Positions 13,124 through 58,973 of a stretch of 64,000 nucleotides of DNA are shown in pieces. The stretch lies in NCBI GenBank assembly GCA_012295275.1, contig CM022671.1:14756001-14820000 (forward strand), read 5' to 3'. The position numbers were made by a program, and so were the translations under genes. This DNA is from Chrysomallon squamiferum (taxonomy: Eukaryota; Animalia; Mollusca). The notes under the pieces were generated by a model. It searched no databases. It was not told the origin of the DNA and saw nothing but the letters and a program-made list of their open reading frames with translations. The stretch's first letter is position 1, and each line of letters starts with the position of its first letter.

Positions 13124-14414
13124 AGATAGATGTTAACAACAACCTCACAAGATATTTCTTCATTCCTACACCAGACTGAATGACAGCAAAGAGAAGTGCC
13201 GAATATTATTATCTAAACCCACCTAGCAACAACCACGAAAGTCTGAATTATCCACTCATTCATTAGTCGTTTTGACACTGAACATTCTATTACACTAATT
13301 TCCTGGGTGTTCTTCATAGGCTGTGAGAAAACAGTTTAATTAATACCTGATATCTTATGTAAAAGAGGATTAACGACTAAGCTTGTAGCAGTGAAATAGT
13401 AAAAAGAAAAAAAAGAAAAAAAAAAAAGTTGTAGTAATAATAACAATGCCAACTGCCCAGTTACAACAAACAATAAAGTAATTTAAGCGTTAAATTAACA
13501 GGGTTAAGTACAAGCCTACATCAACCGTGACGGTCAGCGTTATGATAGTGTGCAGATTCTCTCCACTTTTAAATATCCCTTCATGTAGTTATATGTATTC
13601 AGTTTTACTTTTTTCTTTTTCTTTTTGTTACTTTTATTTATTTTTTATTTATTTTATTTTATTTTATTTTATTTTTTTTTTTTTTTTTCAGTTCTAGAAA
13701 ATTGTAGGCTTTTGTATCTGTATATCATGAATAATTCTCATGGGTTTAGCTTTTCAAACCTATGCGATTCGTTTCAAATTAGCTACAGCGACTTAGTCTC
13801 CGTACAGCTAAAGAAAAACTTAATGTCGGTTCGTGCACATTATTTTTTCATATGCGATAACTGCAAAAAAAAGCCTCAGAGTTATTATGTAGATAATTCA
13901 GAAAATAATATCTAACTACTTTTATATTAAGCCATTTATAAGTTATTAATTTAAATCTTTTAAAAACATATTAATACTGTTTGGTGAACTTACATCACAG
14001 AAGTTTAACATAATTTTAAATATAATTTTCTATTTTTTCCCTAATTTATAAAATCAATTGAGCATTTCTTGTCTTGGCGACTTGGAAAATACTGGGGACT
14101 TTTGCAAAAAAAAAAAAAAAAAAAAAAAAATTAAGTAGTTTTTTTATATATCATTATTGAGAAATAAACCACAGAAAATTAAATCAATTTGTTAATAAGC
14201 TAACTTTCAAAGAAAGGTTATATAACAGAGCATAGACTCTAAGCGTCATGCCTTTAAGCGTGATGGGAAACATTACACTGACAGTGTTTGAACCAGTCAA
14301 TGCTAACACAGCAGCAATGTTTTTAGACTGAACGTGAGTAGTGAAAGCTAATAACAACAGCAGTGCTTTTTTTTCTTCTAGACTGAAACACATTCATGAC
14401 TGAAACACACCGTT

Positions 14415-16655
<2,241 letters not shown>

Positions 16656-17689
16656 AGTGAATCGGTGAAAAGTATGTTTGTTTGTTTGTTGATGTTCTGA
16701 AAGAATTAAAAATAAATATGACGGTAAAACAACGTCCAGGTAAATAACTGAGATAAATAAATACTACTACTACTACTACTATTACAGCTACTACTACTAC
16801 TACTACTATTACTACTACTACTACTACTACTGTTACACTAGTACTTCTAATAAGAAGAATAAGAATGCGTAATAAAAACATAAATTTATTCAGTACAGAA
16901 TTGCGCATATAAAAGGGGCGAGGATCGGTCGCTGTTTCCGCCTATGGGGACAAAATGACTGCACTGACAATGTTTTACAAATCGCATTTATTCGTTTCTA
17001 CTTAGATAAACAGGTATGAATCTAACCGTACAACTATATCACAACTAGGACACGCTATTTCTACAACAAAACTAACACAGGCGAGCGATCAGACAACCTA
17101 GCAGGTGGGAGAAAAGTAGCAGACGTCAGAAAAACGAGCCCTACCTTACAAAGTTCATAATCTATTTAGTTACGACGAGGCAAGACCGTTCAGCTGAAAC
17201 TGAAAAAGTTTTTGCAACACTGGAAAAGGTGGACACAACAAGCTGAAAATACTTACAGGAAGTCTTTCAAATCAAATGGGCTCGATAAAGAAAGAAAGAA
17301 AAAACAAACAAACACTGAATATTAAAATGTTTCTCACAGGTAAGAAGATATCTGTGTCATGCGTCGCTGGGTGACCTGCTTGAAATACTTGGTGTTATTC
17401 ATCGAGCTCTCGTAAACACCGCCGAGCCGTCTTCAACAAAAAACACACGTAACATTACGTTACTGCGTTTATGTTGAAATTTGTAATAAACTGGTCAAAC
17501 TGACATAAAAAAAAGTACTCTTTTTTTATTTCCCCTGTCTTTATTTTATGTATTTTATTTTATTTTATTTATTTATTTATTTAGTTATTTTACTTTTTAT
17601 TATTATCATTTTTTTAATTTATTTATTTATTATTTTATTTTTTATTTATCATTTTTTTAATTTAATATTATTATTATTTAGTTATTTTG

Positions 17690-17731
<42 letters not shown>

Positions 17732-18044
17732 TAATCTTTTTTTTTAATTTTTTTATTTATTAGTATTATTTTTTTTTAGATTCATTGCACTTCATTGTAG
17801 TAGGTGTTTGAATTCAATGCGGAAGATGAGTAACCGGGTTAAAATAGACACTAATGTTTTTCTGATTCACTGCAGTTGTTTGAAATGTTAGCGGAAAATG
17901 AGTGGGTGGAGTAACAGACGGGTGAACGGGTGTGTCTGCAGACGAATAGCCTGGTGAATGTGTGTATGTGTTCTCAATATATTATTTTTTGTTTCTTTCA
18001 AATCAATTTTCTCATTTATTTATTTTTAATTTAATTTAATTTAA

Positions 18045-18108
<64 letters not shown>

Positions 18109-18366
18109 CACTAACACAATGATTCGTACAACCAAACCATCCACACAATAACATGCAGGACCTCAAATACCTATCCATCCGTCCATTCATCCATCTATCC
18201 ACACACACACACACACACACATATATCCACACACGCACACACATATATACACACAAACACACATACACATTCACTTATTCATCCATCCAACCACAAGCAT
18301 GTCTGTAACTAAAGTATTTAAAAACACGAAACATAAGATAACAAAAAAAGAAAGAAAATAGAATCC

Positions 18367-18417
<51 letters not shown>

Positions 18418-18464
18418 TTTCCGGAGAATTTAAACAGACATACTGCACTGATGTCTTCTACAAA

Positions 18465-18496
<32 letters not shown>

Positions 18497-18970
18497 CAAA
18501 TAAAAATATGCAATGTAATAAAAATCATCCAATCCTAAAATACCCAGGTACAAAATGAGCATCAAATTTCCACACCTAATTTATGCGTATTTTTACATAA
18601 AGAGCAGAATCGTTGAAAAGGTAAAATAATCTGCCGGTGCGGGTGTGTCTGCATGACTGCGCATGTCAAAGATGACGATTGACGAGCAGGAAAAACCGAG
18701 ACGCGACAAATCCACATGCAGTTTATCTGGTGACGTCAATCTGCTTTTAATGCCATCAGATGAACTTAACGCGAAGTTGTGCTTCAGTAAAATGGCAGTC
18801 GTGCAGAGTCGTGTTACCGGTGAACTGCTTGTATAAATACAGCGTAACGAGTCAACGATCAGGCCGTCAGTAATAATTATAATGTTCATTTAATTGTTTT
18901 ATATTTATGACCCTTTTGCGACTTGTATTACCGTATTGACTAAAAATAGGAATCAAAGAAAGAAAACTAC

Positions 18971-19093
<123 letters not shown>

Positions 19094-21395
19094 ACAATAA
19101 AGGAAAAGGCGGAGTTGTATATGATGGAAATATTGAGTAGATTACTGATAAACTACACAAACAGCAACAAAATAAAAATAAATAAATAAAATAAATAAAT
19201 GAAAAAAAAAAAATACAATAAAATTAAATTAAATTGAATTAAAAATCAATACATCAATAAAATAAAATAAAATCTAAGCAGCAATAAACAAACACTTTTT
19301 TTTTTAACTTGTTAAATTATTTATAATTTTTTTTTTTTTTTCATTGTTTGTAATACCTTGTTACAGTGATAACAGAATCTAGAATGTGAAAGCACTGGCA
19401 ACTATTGTTTTATCGACCGCGTGTTTTACAACGTTTTAGCTCTTTTTTCTCAAAGCGATTATTGTTTGTTCCTAGTTCGAGTACTGGAAAGCTAAATGCG
19501 GATATCGAGAATCAATGCAAAACGCATCTATGTCGTGACGTCACATTCGTAGAACAGGTTTTCCAAACAATGCGTTATTCTTTGATCGATATCCTGTGAG
19601 AGATAACAAGGAACAACAATCTGACTGGCATTGTTTGTGTGCCTGGGATAAGATGAAATTTTTTTTTTTTTTTTTCATAAACAGCGTACTTTGTTGCTGG
19701 ACCGTTTAATAACACTTTTGACTTCCTTCTAGCAGATAAGATGTGTACTTAAATCTTGAAACATTTGTCTAGAAATTTTGAGTACGAAGTATGAATCAAC
19801 ATCAAAAAAATGAAAGGACATTTCGAACTTTTCACAATATCTGTTCTTCGTAAATATCAAACAAAAACCGAGATTAAAATAAATGATGCGAGGAAATATT
19901 TGAAGATTCCATTACAGATGACGACGTTGACGATAACGATGATGATGATGTTGATAATAAAATTAAATTTACATATTTCAGAACCGCTTTAATGATTAAT
20001 ATTCTAGTTTTTAGTAGTTTTTATGAAATATTACTGAAACCACTTTAACATACGTTACTGAGAATTTCATCCATATTTAAGGTTCTTGAAAATGGAATGC
20101 TAACAAACTGTTTTTGTTCTGTTTTGTTTATTTAATACAAATTTTATCTCAGAATACGAACAAACATTAAAATATATTTAATTTTTTTTTTTTTCTTTTA
20201 ATTTTTTGACTGTTTTTTTTTTTTTTTGTTTGTGTGTGTGTGTGTATGTCAATGTTTATATGTATATGTTAGTGTATTTTTAGGCAATTAAGTATTCTTA
20301 AATACGTGTCATTAGTAAAATAATTTTAAGCATACCGAAATTTGTTATTATCATACCTCCATTATTATAAAAGAATTTTTCCTTTTAATCTGATTACTTA
20401 TACTTTTAACCTAACAAAAGAGGAAATAATCGTGAATCTCTGAAACAATAAATCGACTGTCAAGTTCGTTTAAACTGGTGTAGACGCACACACACATTCA
20501 AATCCGATATATGATCTTTACGTTATTTATTATTCATGTACAAGTATAAATGTCACCACTAAAGTACAATTTCTAAAAAAATGTTTTTCATTGAAAATTT
20601 ATAAAATGTTATTTCTAAAGGATGATGAATGGTTTATTTAATCCCAAAACTTCAGTCCGAGAAAAAAATTTAAAATTTTTTTTAATAAAAAACAAACAAA
20701 AATAAGCAAAAAAAAGCAAATAAAAGAAGAATACCGTACAAGAAGCCTTATTTAATTTTCTTTCTTTTTTTTTCTTTTTTTTTTTTTTTTTTTCGTTACC
20801 TAGGCAATATGATTGTTCTAATTTTTAAAATCTTTTTATTATTATTATTATTATAATTTTCTTCCTCGTTTTTTTTTTTTTTTTTTTTTTTTTTTTCCAA
20901 ACTGAGCTGCATTACTTTGAGGTTCTCTGTACCTTCATTAGCCATTTGTTTCATAAGGAAATTAAATATTGGAGTTCATCGAAAAAAAAAAATCTCGAAG
21001 AATTCTTCTAGAACGTACATTATAAATGAATAACTGACGCAAGTGATTTTTCAAAAAATCTCAGATTTTTACAGGATTGTTTTACAATAAGCTGTTTGAA
21101 AACTGGCGCAGCCACACAACGCTGAGGAATGTCTCGAGGATGATTCTTTTCTGCGGGTTTTTTTTCATGAGAGATTTCCTTATACAGTGCTGTAATGTAA
21201 ACACTAGAAAGAGAAACTATCAAGAGAATTCTCCGCTAACTTTAGGTCTTCAACAATAGGCTGTGAGCAGCAGGAAAACCAGTACACACAACAATTATAC
21301 ACTTTGTGTACTTACAGCGTCATATACATTTAATAGCATCTTCTACAACTCTGACATTTCATTTGTATAATTATCTACCAACAATTCATTTACTT

Positions 21396-21452
<57 letters not shown>

Positions 21453-22268
21453 TAATAATAATAATAATAACAATAATAATAATAATAATAATATTTTGTA
21501 AAAGACGATCTTTGATTTAAAAAAAACTTGTTTTTGTTTTAATTAAATAATTCAAATATTAAACAAAATTATAGGCTTTATAAGCTGTTATGAACAAAAT
21601 GTTGTATTTATGAAGGGGAAAAAACAAAACAAAAAACCTTAAAATTATCATGTACGTATCTAATTTATGTACGAAACGATCTCTGGCTTATATTTGCTGT
21701 TATGTACTAAATTATTATTATAACTTTCTTTAGGCGCTGCAGCTATATTTTCAAGCCACCAAACGGGAGCCTAAAACGTTTGTTTATATATATACTATTA
21801 CATTATTAATATCCAGTTCACAAATATCATATTTCCCTCATCATATACATTAATCAATACAATCTCTATTTACACACTGCCGTGTTGTTGTGCCTTATAA
21901 AAATATAACTATTAGTTTTAATTGTAAATTCCAGTTGTAATTAACTGGAATATTCTCCTTGAGCAGATGACGAAACGTAGTCTTATTACATCATTTTTAT
22001 CCTGTGAAGGTTAGAATGCCGCTCTGCAGCGTGGCTGTGACGTGCAGCAGTCCCCATTTTTATCGTGAACTGATATGTTAAAACAGTAATCGGTTAATTC
22101 TTTTATTCAGTCATTCTCAACTCAATAGCAGTAGATTTACGTATATTGATTTCAATGTCGCTTATATCAAAAAAAAAAAAAAAGTCGTTCATAAAATTGT
22201 AACAGTTTGCTTTGTAATGAAATCTGTATTCAAATTGTTTTTCTACATCATCAAAACATAGATGAAGT

Positions 22269-22323
<55 letters not shown>

Positions 22324-22986
22324 TTCTGACAGTTATCATAATACTGGATTTCCTATAATTGTGGATATTGCTAATGATTCTTATTATTTATTTAGATAAA
22401 TATCGATTTACAGAAGTAAATTACCTTATTAGCTCCTGGGATTAATGACATTACCTTTGATATTTCCCCAGGTAAAAATAATATCTCACAAAATTGTATT
22501 TCTATAGAAAATAATAGTCATTTACCATCTCAGTTGCAATTACAAATTTAATCCTGATTCATATAAAATTGAATAATTGTCACTTCACTGGACTTCCATA
22601 CAGAAATACGTACTCCATCCCAGACACACTCACACACACACACACACACAAATACGCACACATGCAAAAAGGACTGTTTATGCGCTCTTTATATCGTTTT
22701 CTTTCTTTGTTTCTTCTTTTTTTCTTTTTATATTTCTTGAAGTAAATTCAGGTGAATGATGTTAGCTAACTTTCTTTTTTCAAATATCTTTTAATTTTAA
22801 GCAGTTTGCTCCATAACTGTAGCTGATAAGGAAGACTAATAACTTTATATATTAAGTTTTTTTACTCATCCGAGATTGAACCGACAATGTATTGCAATCT
22901 CATGTATTATATGACTAAAATACAAATATAAAAAGCTGTTTGAGTTTTATACCGCCGATCAACTTTTGGTCAAAGTAGTCCAAAAA

Positions 22987-23025
<39 letters not shown>

Positions 23026-23958
23026 ATGACAGTAATAAACCCGCTAAACTACAAATAAAATAACCCTGTCAGTTATTATAGTCAGTCGTATGCATTTTTT
23101 ATACCACATATGTGTAAAATACTTCAATGCTCAGAATATTTTATTTAATAAATAAAAAAGGAATGTAAAAATAGCCTAAATATCCTTCTTTATTTTTTAT
23201 TTATTTTTTATTATTTTTATTTATTTATTTATTTTATTATTATTTTTTTTTTTTTTGAAGAATTCAACTGTGAAACAGATCCAGGAGTTTCTTAATCTTC
23301 CCATTTTTGTGACAGGCCAATACCACGTCATAACTTAATTCACTTTGTAATTTTCCGACTGTTTGGGAAGTCAAAGTATTGACATATATATTCATATATC
23401 CTGTCTTGAGACATAGAATTTTTAACAAAAATGTTTAATTTTCTATTAATATTTCTTTAATATCTTTTAATATCGCTCCATTTGAAATCCTGTAAAAAGT
23501 GTCAACTAGTTCAAACTCAGGTTGTTGCTGTTTGCGCGCAGAGTATGCCACACGCGAGCTTTCATAACCAAAATGATCGAACATTTCGGGACAATTCGCT
23601 TTAAGAGTCTGACGTCATAATACTAGAATTACGGAAAAACTATTCAAACGTCAGCACAGACCCGTAGATTAATTCTGATTGCAATCACTGTGTTTATAAG
23701 AGCGTGCACGCACACAATGACACAGAATATTGTTTCGATTTATTTATTTTTTTAGTTGGAGATATCTATTCATACAATTAATAAGTCTGTATTTTATTTA
23801 TTCCCCTATTTTTCTTCTTTTTTCTTTTTATTGTTTTATATATCTATATTTATGTCTATATATATATATATATATATTTATTTTAGTATTTATTTTTATT
23901 TTTTATTTTTATTTATTTATTTTTTATATTATTATTATTATATATATATATATATATT

Positions 23959-24003
<45 letters not shown>

Positions 24004-25271
24004 TTACATAATTCTTTATTGTTGTTTTTTTTACACATTTTTATATCTGAATAGTAAAGGCTTTAATATGTAATATGCGTGAAATTTGGTTGTAAACCTA
24101 AATGAATAACGTCTTTATTTATTTATAGTTCACTGCTGAATTCTACAGAAAGAAGATTTTTTTTATAATTTAAACTATTCTTTCTTTTTATTTATTTTTC
24201 ATTAAAAATTAACTGTGGAAAACTATTTCAAGTGAGAAAGATTTTGAATATAATTTGATTCTAATTTTACGGTCTTTTCAAACAATATTCAGCTTGCTTC
24301 TACTGTATCCTAGATACATAATAACAGAACAATTGAATCGCATTTCTCTGTCGGTGACGTATGGTATATAGAACTGACAATCATTGTTAGACGCATACAA
24401 AACAATTACTGAAACAAATCAATAAATCCATACATTACGCTATCAAAACATTAAGCGTAGAAATTGTTACAGACGCACGAATAAGCTGACCAAACAAGCT
24501 TTTCACAAATCAATGGACAATAATTATTCCATTACAATAAGAAATATCTTAGTCCAAAATAGAAGAAAACAAAAAGTGTTCAAATTTGTCAGTTACTCTC
24601 AGAACCTCCACTATTGTCGTGAACATCAAAGTAATGTGTACATTTCTTTCCACTATCAACAATTCAAAGATTTATCTTAAGCAGTTAATAAAAATAAGCT
24701 TTAGCCTTTCTTTTCGTTTTTACTCTTCCTATTTATTTTATTATTATTTTAATTAATTAATTTATTTATTTATTTATTTATGAATTTTTTATTTTTATTT
24801 TTTTTTTTTTATGATAATAATTTCAGCAAAAATGTATTCAGCCATTTGATCAGTATTCTAAAATCTAATACTGGACTTTCAATTTCAAATATTTGAAACA
24901 AAAAGGATCTGATTTTTCGGAATGCGATAAATGTTTGCCTTTCTTTCCTCTTTCAGAAAAATATTCTCTCTATATATTTATGCTTGAAATAAAAATACAG
25001 ATTGTTTTATTTCTTTGTTAGAATATTGTCCCAACTTTAAAGTAATCTGTCAACATTGTTTTATGTATAAAGTTATCCTCTTGTCATTTGGCTCGATTCC
25101 CCATGGCAACCTGACATCATCCCGCGGTTCAAACCTGTTCTGCAAGAGATCAGTGGTAAACGAGACTGTCATCAAAAGGCAGAAACATCGATCGGATTTA
25201 TTCGTTCTTTCCCGGGACAGGTGAATCGCATCTGAGGCAAAACGAGCACCGCACGCCAGACGAAATTGATA

Positions 25272-53517
<28,246 letters not shown>

Positions 53518-54545
53518 AGTTCACCACTCTCTGGTGAAGCAAGCCAAAGAAAAAAAAAACTGTTTATTTTATTTGAAATATATTATTAAAAATGTTAGAT
53601 TGATTCATTTATTTTAACATTTGATACAGAACCGTTAAGTTTTATTTTTTTAGTTTGTCAACCATTTTGTACAAGATATTTTTTTTTCTGTCTTCTAGTT
53701 GAATTTCACTTCTTTAATTTTAAAAATGTGTGGAAAACTAATAAAGAAGTTTTGGGAGGATGTTAAATTACAAATAGAAGGAACTATATATATATATGAC
53801 AAGAAAATAACAAAAAAAGAGAAAGAAATTCCATTAAAATAATAATTGTTAGGCAGAAGTTAATTGTTGTTCATCTGTTTTAATACTACTTTTCTAGTTA
53901 TCTCTTTTTGTCATTTTAGTGCAATATATTTCTATTTTCTAACAAAGGCTTTTTTGCCAGCTGTTGTAATGTGATATTCTGTTTTCATTAAACATTTCTC
54001 TAATTCCGAACATTTTCTTCAGTTTAAAATAATGAATCAAACCGAAAAGAAAGACTATGCTTTTATTTTAGCTTTTTCTGATCTGTTAGTTACATTGTTA
54101 TCATCCTACTGTATATAAAAAGAATAAAAAATTATTTTTAGAAATAATAAGAAAAGGATCTGAATGTGCTATTATTTCTGTTTTTAATACAAATTTCTAG
54201 TGTTAAAATTGACTTAAAAGATAATAAAACTTAGTTTATTTTTTTATTTTAAAAAAATTACTACATTAATAAGGTGATGTTAAAATATTTTTTTTATCAA
54301 AAATGGATTTAACAAAAATATTATATACACTGATAGATATTGGTTTGTTGGTATATATATTATTTTCCTGTTAGTTGCATTGTGGGTACATACCATATAA
54401 AATCATGATGGGGATAATTTATTGATTAGTTATTTAAAATGGTTTTCAAATAATTGATTCTGCAGCAAATTTAAATTAAAATATTGGATTTTTTATTTTA
54501 GATTTTTAATTTTTTGTTATTTAACATTGGATTAATTTATTCAAC

Positions 54546-54607
<62 letters not shown>

Positions 54608-56917
54608 CAGTATATAGTTCTTGGTTTTTCAAAGTTTTAAATATAACAAAAGAAAAATATATATTAAAAACTGTACTTAACAATGGTAAAAATATATATG
54701 TGAACAAGATTATGATGCGATATTATTTGTAGATAACATTTCAAATCTTATTTTCTGTGTGTCAAGAAAAAAACGATATTTTTTCATAAATATTTTATTC
54801 TACAATTTCTTTAACAAAATATTAGATATTAAAAGTTCTACAAAAAAGAAAAAGATAAAAGAAATACATTTGTTCAAAATGTCTTCAACAGCAAAGTCTG
54901 GTAATATAACCTTCTGTCTACAATAATACGGAAAATGAAAGAATGACCTATTAAAGATGTATCTGGATGGTTTTTTTTTTTTTATCAAAGTCAGTATTAG
55001 AGTAACATTATTGTGAATATCATTTAATATTTTATAACAGATATTTTCTGAATAAGATATCGTAAAGATATGTTACACTGTTAATGTCAGTAATACAGCT
55101 AACTGAAATTCCGTCCATTATAAATAAAATTATATATGCTTTGTTGTTATTAAAATTCTGTTTTGTTTTAGGGTTGTTGTTGTTCTGCAAACTGTGTAAC
55201 ATATATATATATATAAAATAAAAGATATAGTTTTAGATATAGATATACAGATAGATATATTTATATGTAATTTATGATATGTATGTATAAAACATGAAAG
55301 TTTATATATCTAAACCTTTGGTTCTATTTTATAAATTATTGAATGTTTCTTTTGGGGCAGTTAATCAGATCACATTATCTAAAACTAATTCAATGCCTTT
55401 AGACATTCTCTGTTATAATAGTGATAAATTTATCAGTTAATATAATTAATTTACCTTTTTGTCTTATATAAATATAAGAATTTAAGTCTGTTTGAAAAAT
55501 AGTGGAAGTGGTATGACCACTAATATGTGTATTTTACTAGGATGGTGACTAATTATAACACAGACCAACAGTCAGCAACTTTTTTTCATGTATGGCCCAA
55601 TACTGTAATTTTGAACAAAACCACAAGACAAATGGAGCTTCTTTCTTCCTACAGATATGCATTTATTTGTGATTATAACATACACATTATAACCCTAGGA
55701 AAAATTAAGCAGACATCTAATACTGCTCAGTACATTCCTAGAGCTTGTTGTTTTTTAGGGAGAATCTAGATTTTCTCCTAACCTATTTCTCCTTGATTCA
55801 AACAGAAGAGTATATTAATTTTAAATAAAATGTTCATTTGGTCTTCAGTTTTATGGCTAGTTCTGCTATTGTGTGTCAAGTCAAATGGACACAAGTTGCT
55901 CCAGTAAAGCTCCATGCCCCAAAAAGGTAGTTACTAGGGTACTGGTTGCTGACCACTGGTACAGACAAATAATGGATTATATGTATCCAAAAACAAAAAT
56001 TATTGCTTCAGCTGGAAGTTCCTATAAATGATTTATGGACTGTATTTATTTATTATTTTATCACTTTCAATAATTTTGGCTAGAAAATGACTTAGTAACT
56101 TTTTTTTTTTTTTTTTTTTACTGAGCAAGTCATTAATGTAACATATTCACAAAACACAATTTTCTAACATACAAAATTCTACTTGTTCTAAGATATTGAG
56201 GCATATCCGTAGCTTTTACAAAAATATAGATGAGTACAAAAATGTCTGTAAAACACTGACGTTATAATGTTATGACTATATTTTTTTTGTGTTTGAACAG
56301 CAGCAGTGTTACTGAACCCAAAACATTTGCTGAGTCTAAAAATAAAAATTAAAGAAAAACAAACCTTGGACAAGATGGTTAAGAACAGGAGAAAGGACAT
56401 TTTATTTATAGATGCTGAGATAAGTAGTGCCAGTTAATACCATCATCTTGCACACCCATTTTATTCACAACTATATTTCTTAGGAGAATAAAAAATAATA
56501 ATAATAAAATATAATAAAATAATAAAGAAAAAAACAACAACAAAGCAAACAAGACTGGAGACATATATGTTTAGATGAATTGTTTTAATTTTAGAAAAAA
56601 TAAATATTACATTATAAACTCTTAAAATATATTGTACTGATATTTACAGTGTAAAACAATGTCAAAAAGTTTAGAAAAAAATATGACTAATAAATTATCT
56701 TTACATCTAACATGAATAGGTATTTTAATATATTAAAAAAAAAAAAAAAAAAATCTATTAAAGGCATTATGATAGGTTCTGAATGTTCAGTGTTAAATCG
56801 ATGACAAAATAACATATTTCTTTTTCTTTGAATACCAAATTAGTAAAGTATTTAAAATAAGCTTCTTTCTTTAGTTCAAAGTCATAAACTTATCGCTCAA
56901 AATTATTATTGTTGTTG

Positions 56918-56993
<76 letters not shown>

Positions 56994-57128
56994 GTTGCTT
57001 TTTTTTAAGATATAAATCTATAAAATTAATGAAATTTACGAAGCCTATCGTTGTTAGTCGTCATAATGTTTACTAACATTTTTTATTTGCTAGATAAATA
57101 GAACGTTTATTTTAATGAAATTTACGTT

Positions 57129-57551
57129 TTAGGTGTTCTCTTCGATTTGTAATTTATGCTTAGGAGATGAAGTCTGTATTTTAGCAGTTTTGCCGTAAAA
57201 TGTGTACTCGCGAACATTCGGCAAACCCCGTATTGTACAGGCACTTGTAGCACTTCGACCAATCAGAAGACTCGCTGCTTCAAACCATTCGTCTTCGTCT
57301 GCATCGTAACATTCCACCTTGTCAGTTGTGCCCACACCTAGAATAAAGCAGTTAGTGCATTTGAATCCAGTAATAATAAATAAATAAATAAATAAATACC
57401 TGGATGCGCTTAAGCTATTTTTTAAAACGATCCACATATTGTTTTTCAAAATGAAGAGCGAATAATTATTATTTGTATAATATACGTTTACTTTTTCATA
57501 TTTGGAAAACTACTTGTACACCCGTCAGATTAATGCGACGAACAATGCGGA

Positions 57552-57586
<35 letters not shown>

Positions 57587-58350
57587 TGTCTTCTTGTTGT
57601 TGCTTTAATTACTCTGTTAGCAAAGCCATGATTTTTAATTAATGGAGTTTGATATTCGAGATCTTCAAAAAGCGACGTCTGCCCGACTGCAAACAGGACG
57701 AGGGAAAACAAAGTTAAAGCTGAACGACTTATCACTCTCCCAGTGCCAATTCGTGTTGGCGCCGCTACAGGTTTTGTCACCCGGATGACAAATCATGACG
57801 TCACACTAAGCACGCACAAATAAATATGACCAGTAGCCTCAGTACTAAAATAATAAGCTTTAATCCAAGAGAATTCCTTAGAAGTTCTGTTTACCATTAA
57901 TGCCAATATCATTATTAGTATTCCACAGCTAATGGCTTGTACACACTATTTTTATTTGATACAGTCTAATAACGCACAACACTATTTAAATGCTACAGTT
58001 CTGACATCAATTTAATAACAGTTTTGGGCGATTTGAATTTATTTGGACAATATAACATCATATTCAAGGCATTTTGTAGTCGTTGCAAAATAAATTTCTT
58101 TTCATTTGCCTTTTCCTCCTTAGTTTACAAAATAATCATAATAATCATAGCAAATAAATAAATAAATAAATAAATAATACGATACCGTCGAACCCGCCTA
58201 TGACAAAAATCATTTCATCGCAGACTGCTGTAGCGAAATTGCTTCGACCAACAGTCATATCCATAGTGGACTCCCACTTGTTCGTACTGGTGTCGTATCT
58301 CTCAACTGTAATTAAACGAGCTTAGTAAATAAATAATTATTATTATTATT

Positions 58351-58393
<43 letters not shown>

Positions 58394-58443
58394 CAGTAGT
58401 AGTAGTAACAGTAGTAATAAAACTTCAGTTAATTTAATAATAA

Positions 58444-58478
<35 letters not shown>

Positions 58479-58788
58479 TACGTTTGGACCGAAGAAGACA
58501 ATATACTGCATTCAGTATAATAAATTAACAATAATTAATACTTTACAATAAATATTTAGTTCATTATGAGAATCTGTGGACCTGTTCGAAGTCTGTTCAT
58601 CCCACTGAATCCGCCAATGACGTAGACGTAGCCGGCGAAAGCAACAAATGCCGCGCCGCTTCGAAGAGTCGACAACGGTTGAATCAGCGTCCATTGATCG
58701 TTCGGCGGGTCGTACATCTCCACGGAATCCAAACAGTCCCGTCCATTGAAACCTCCACCCACATACAACTTTTCTGTGTATAAAAAAG

Positions 58789-58842
<54 letters not shown>

Positions 58843-58898
58843 TCTTTTTTAATAACGTTAGAAGAAAATTTGGATGTTCCGTAATTTCGCTTTAAAGG

Positions 58899-58973
<75 letters not shown>
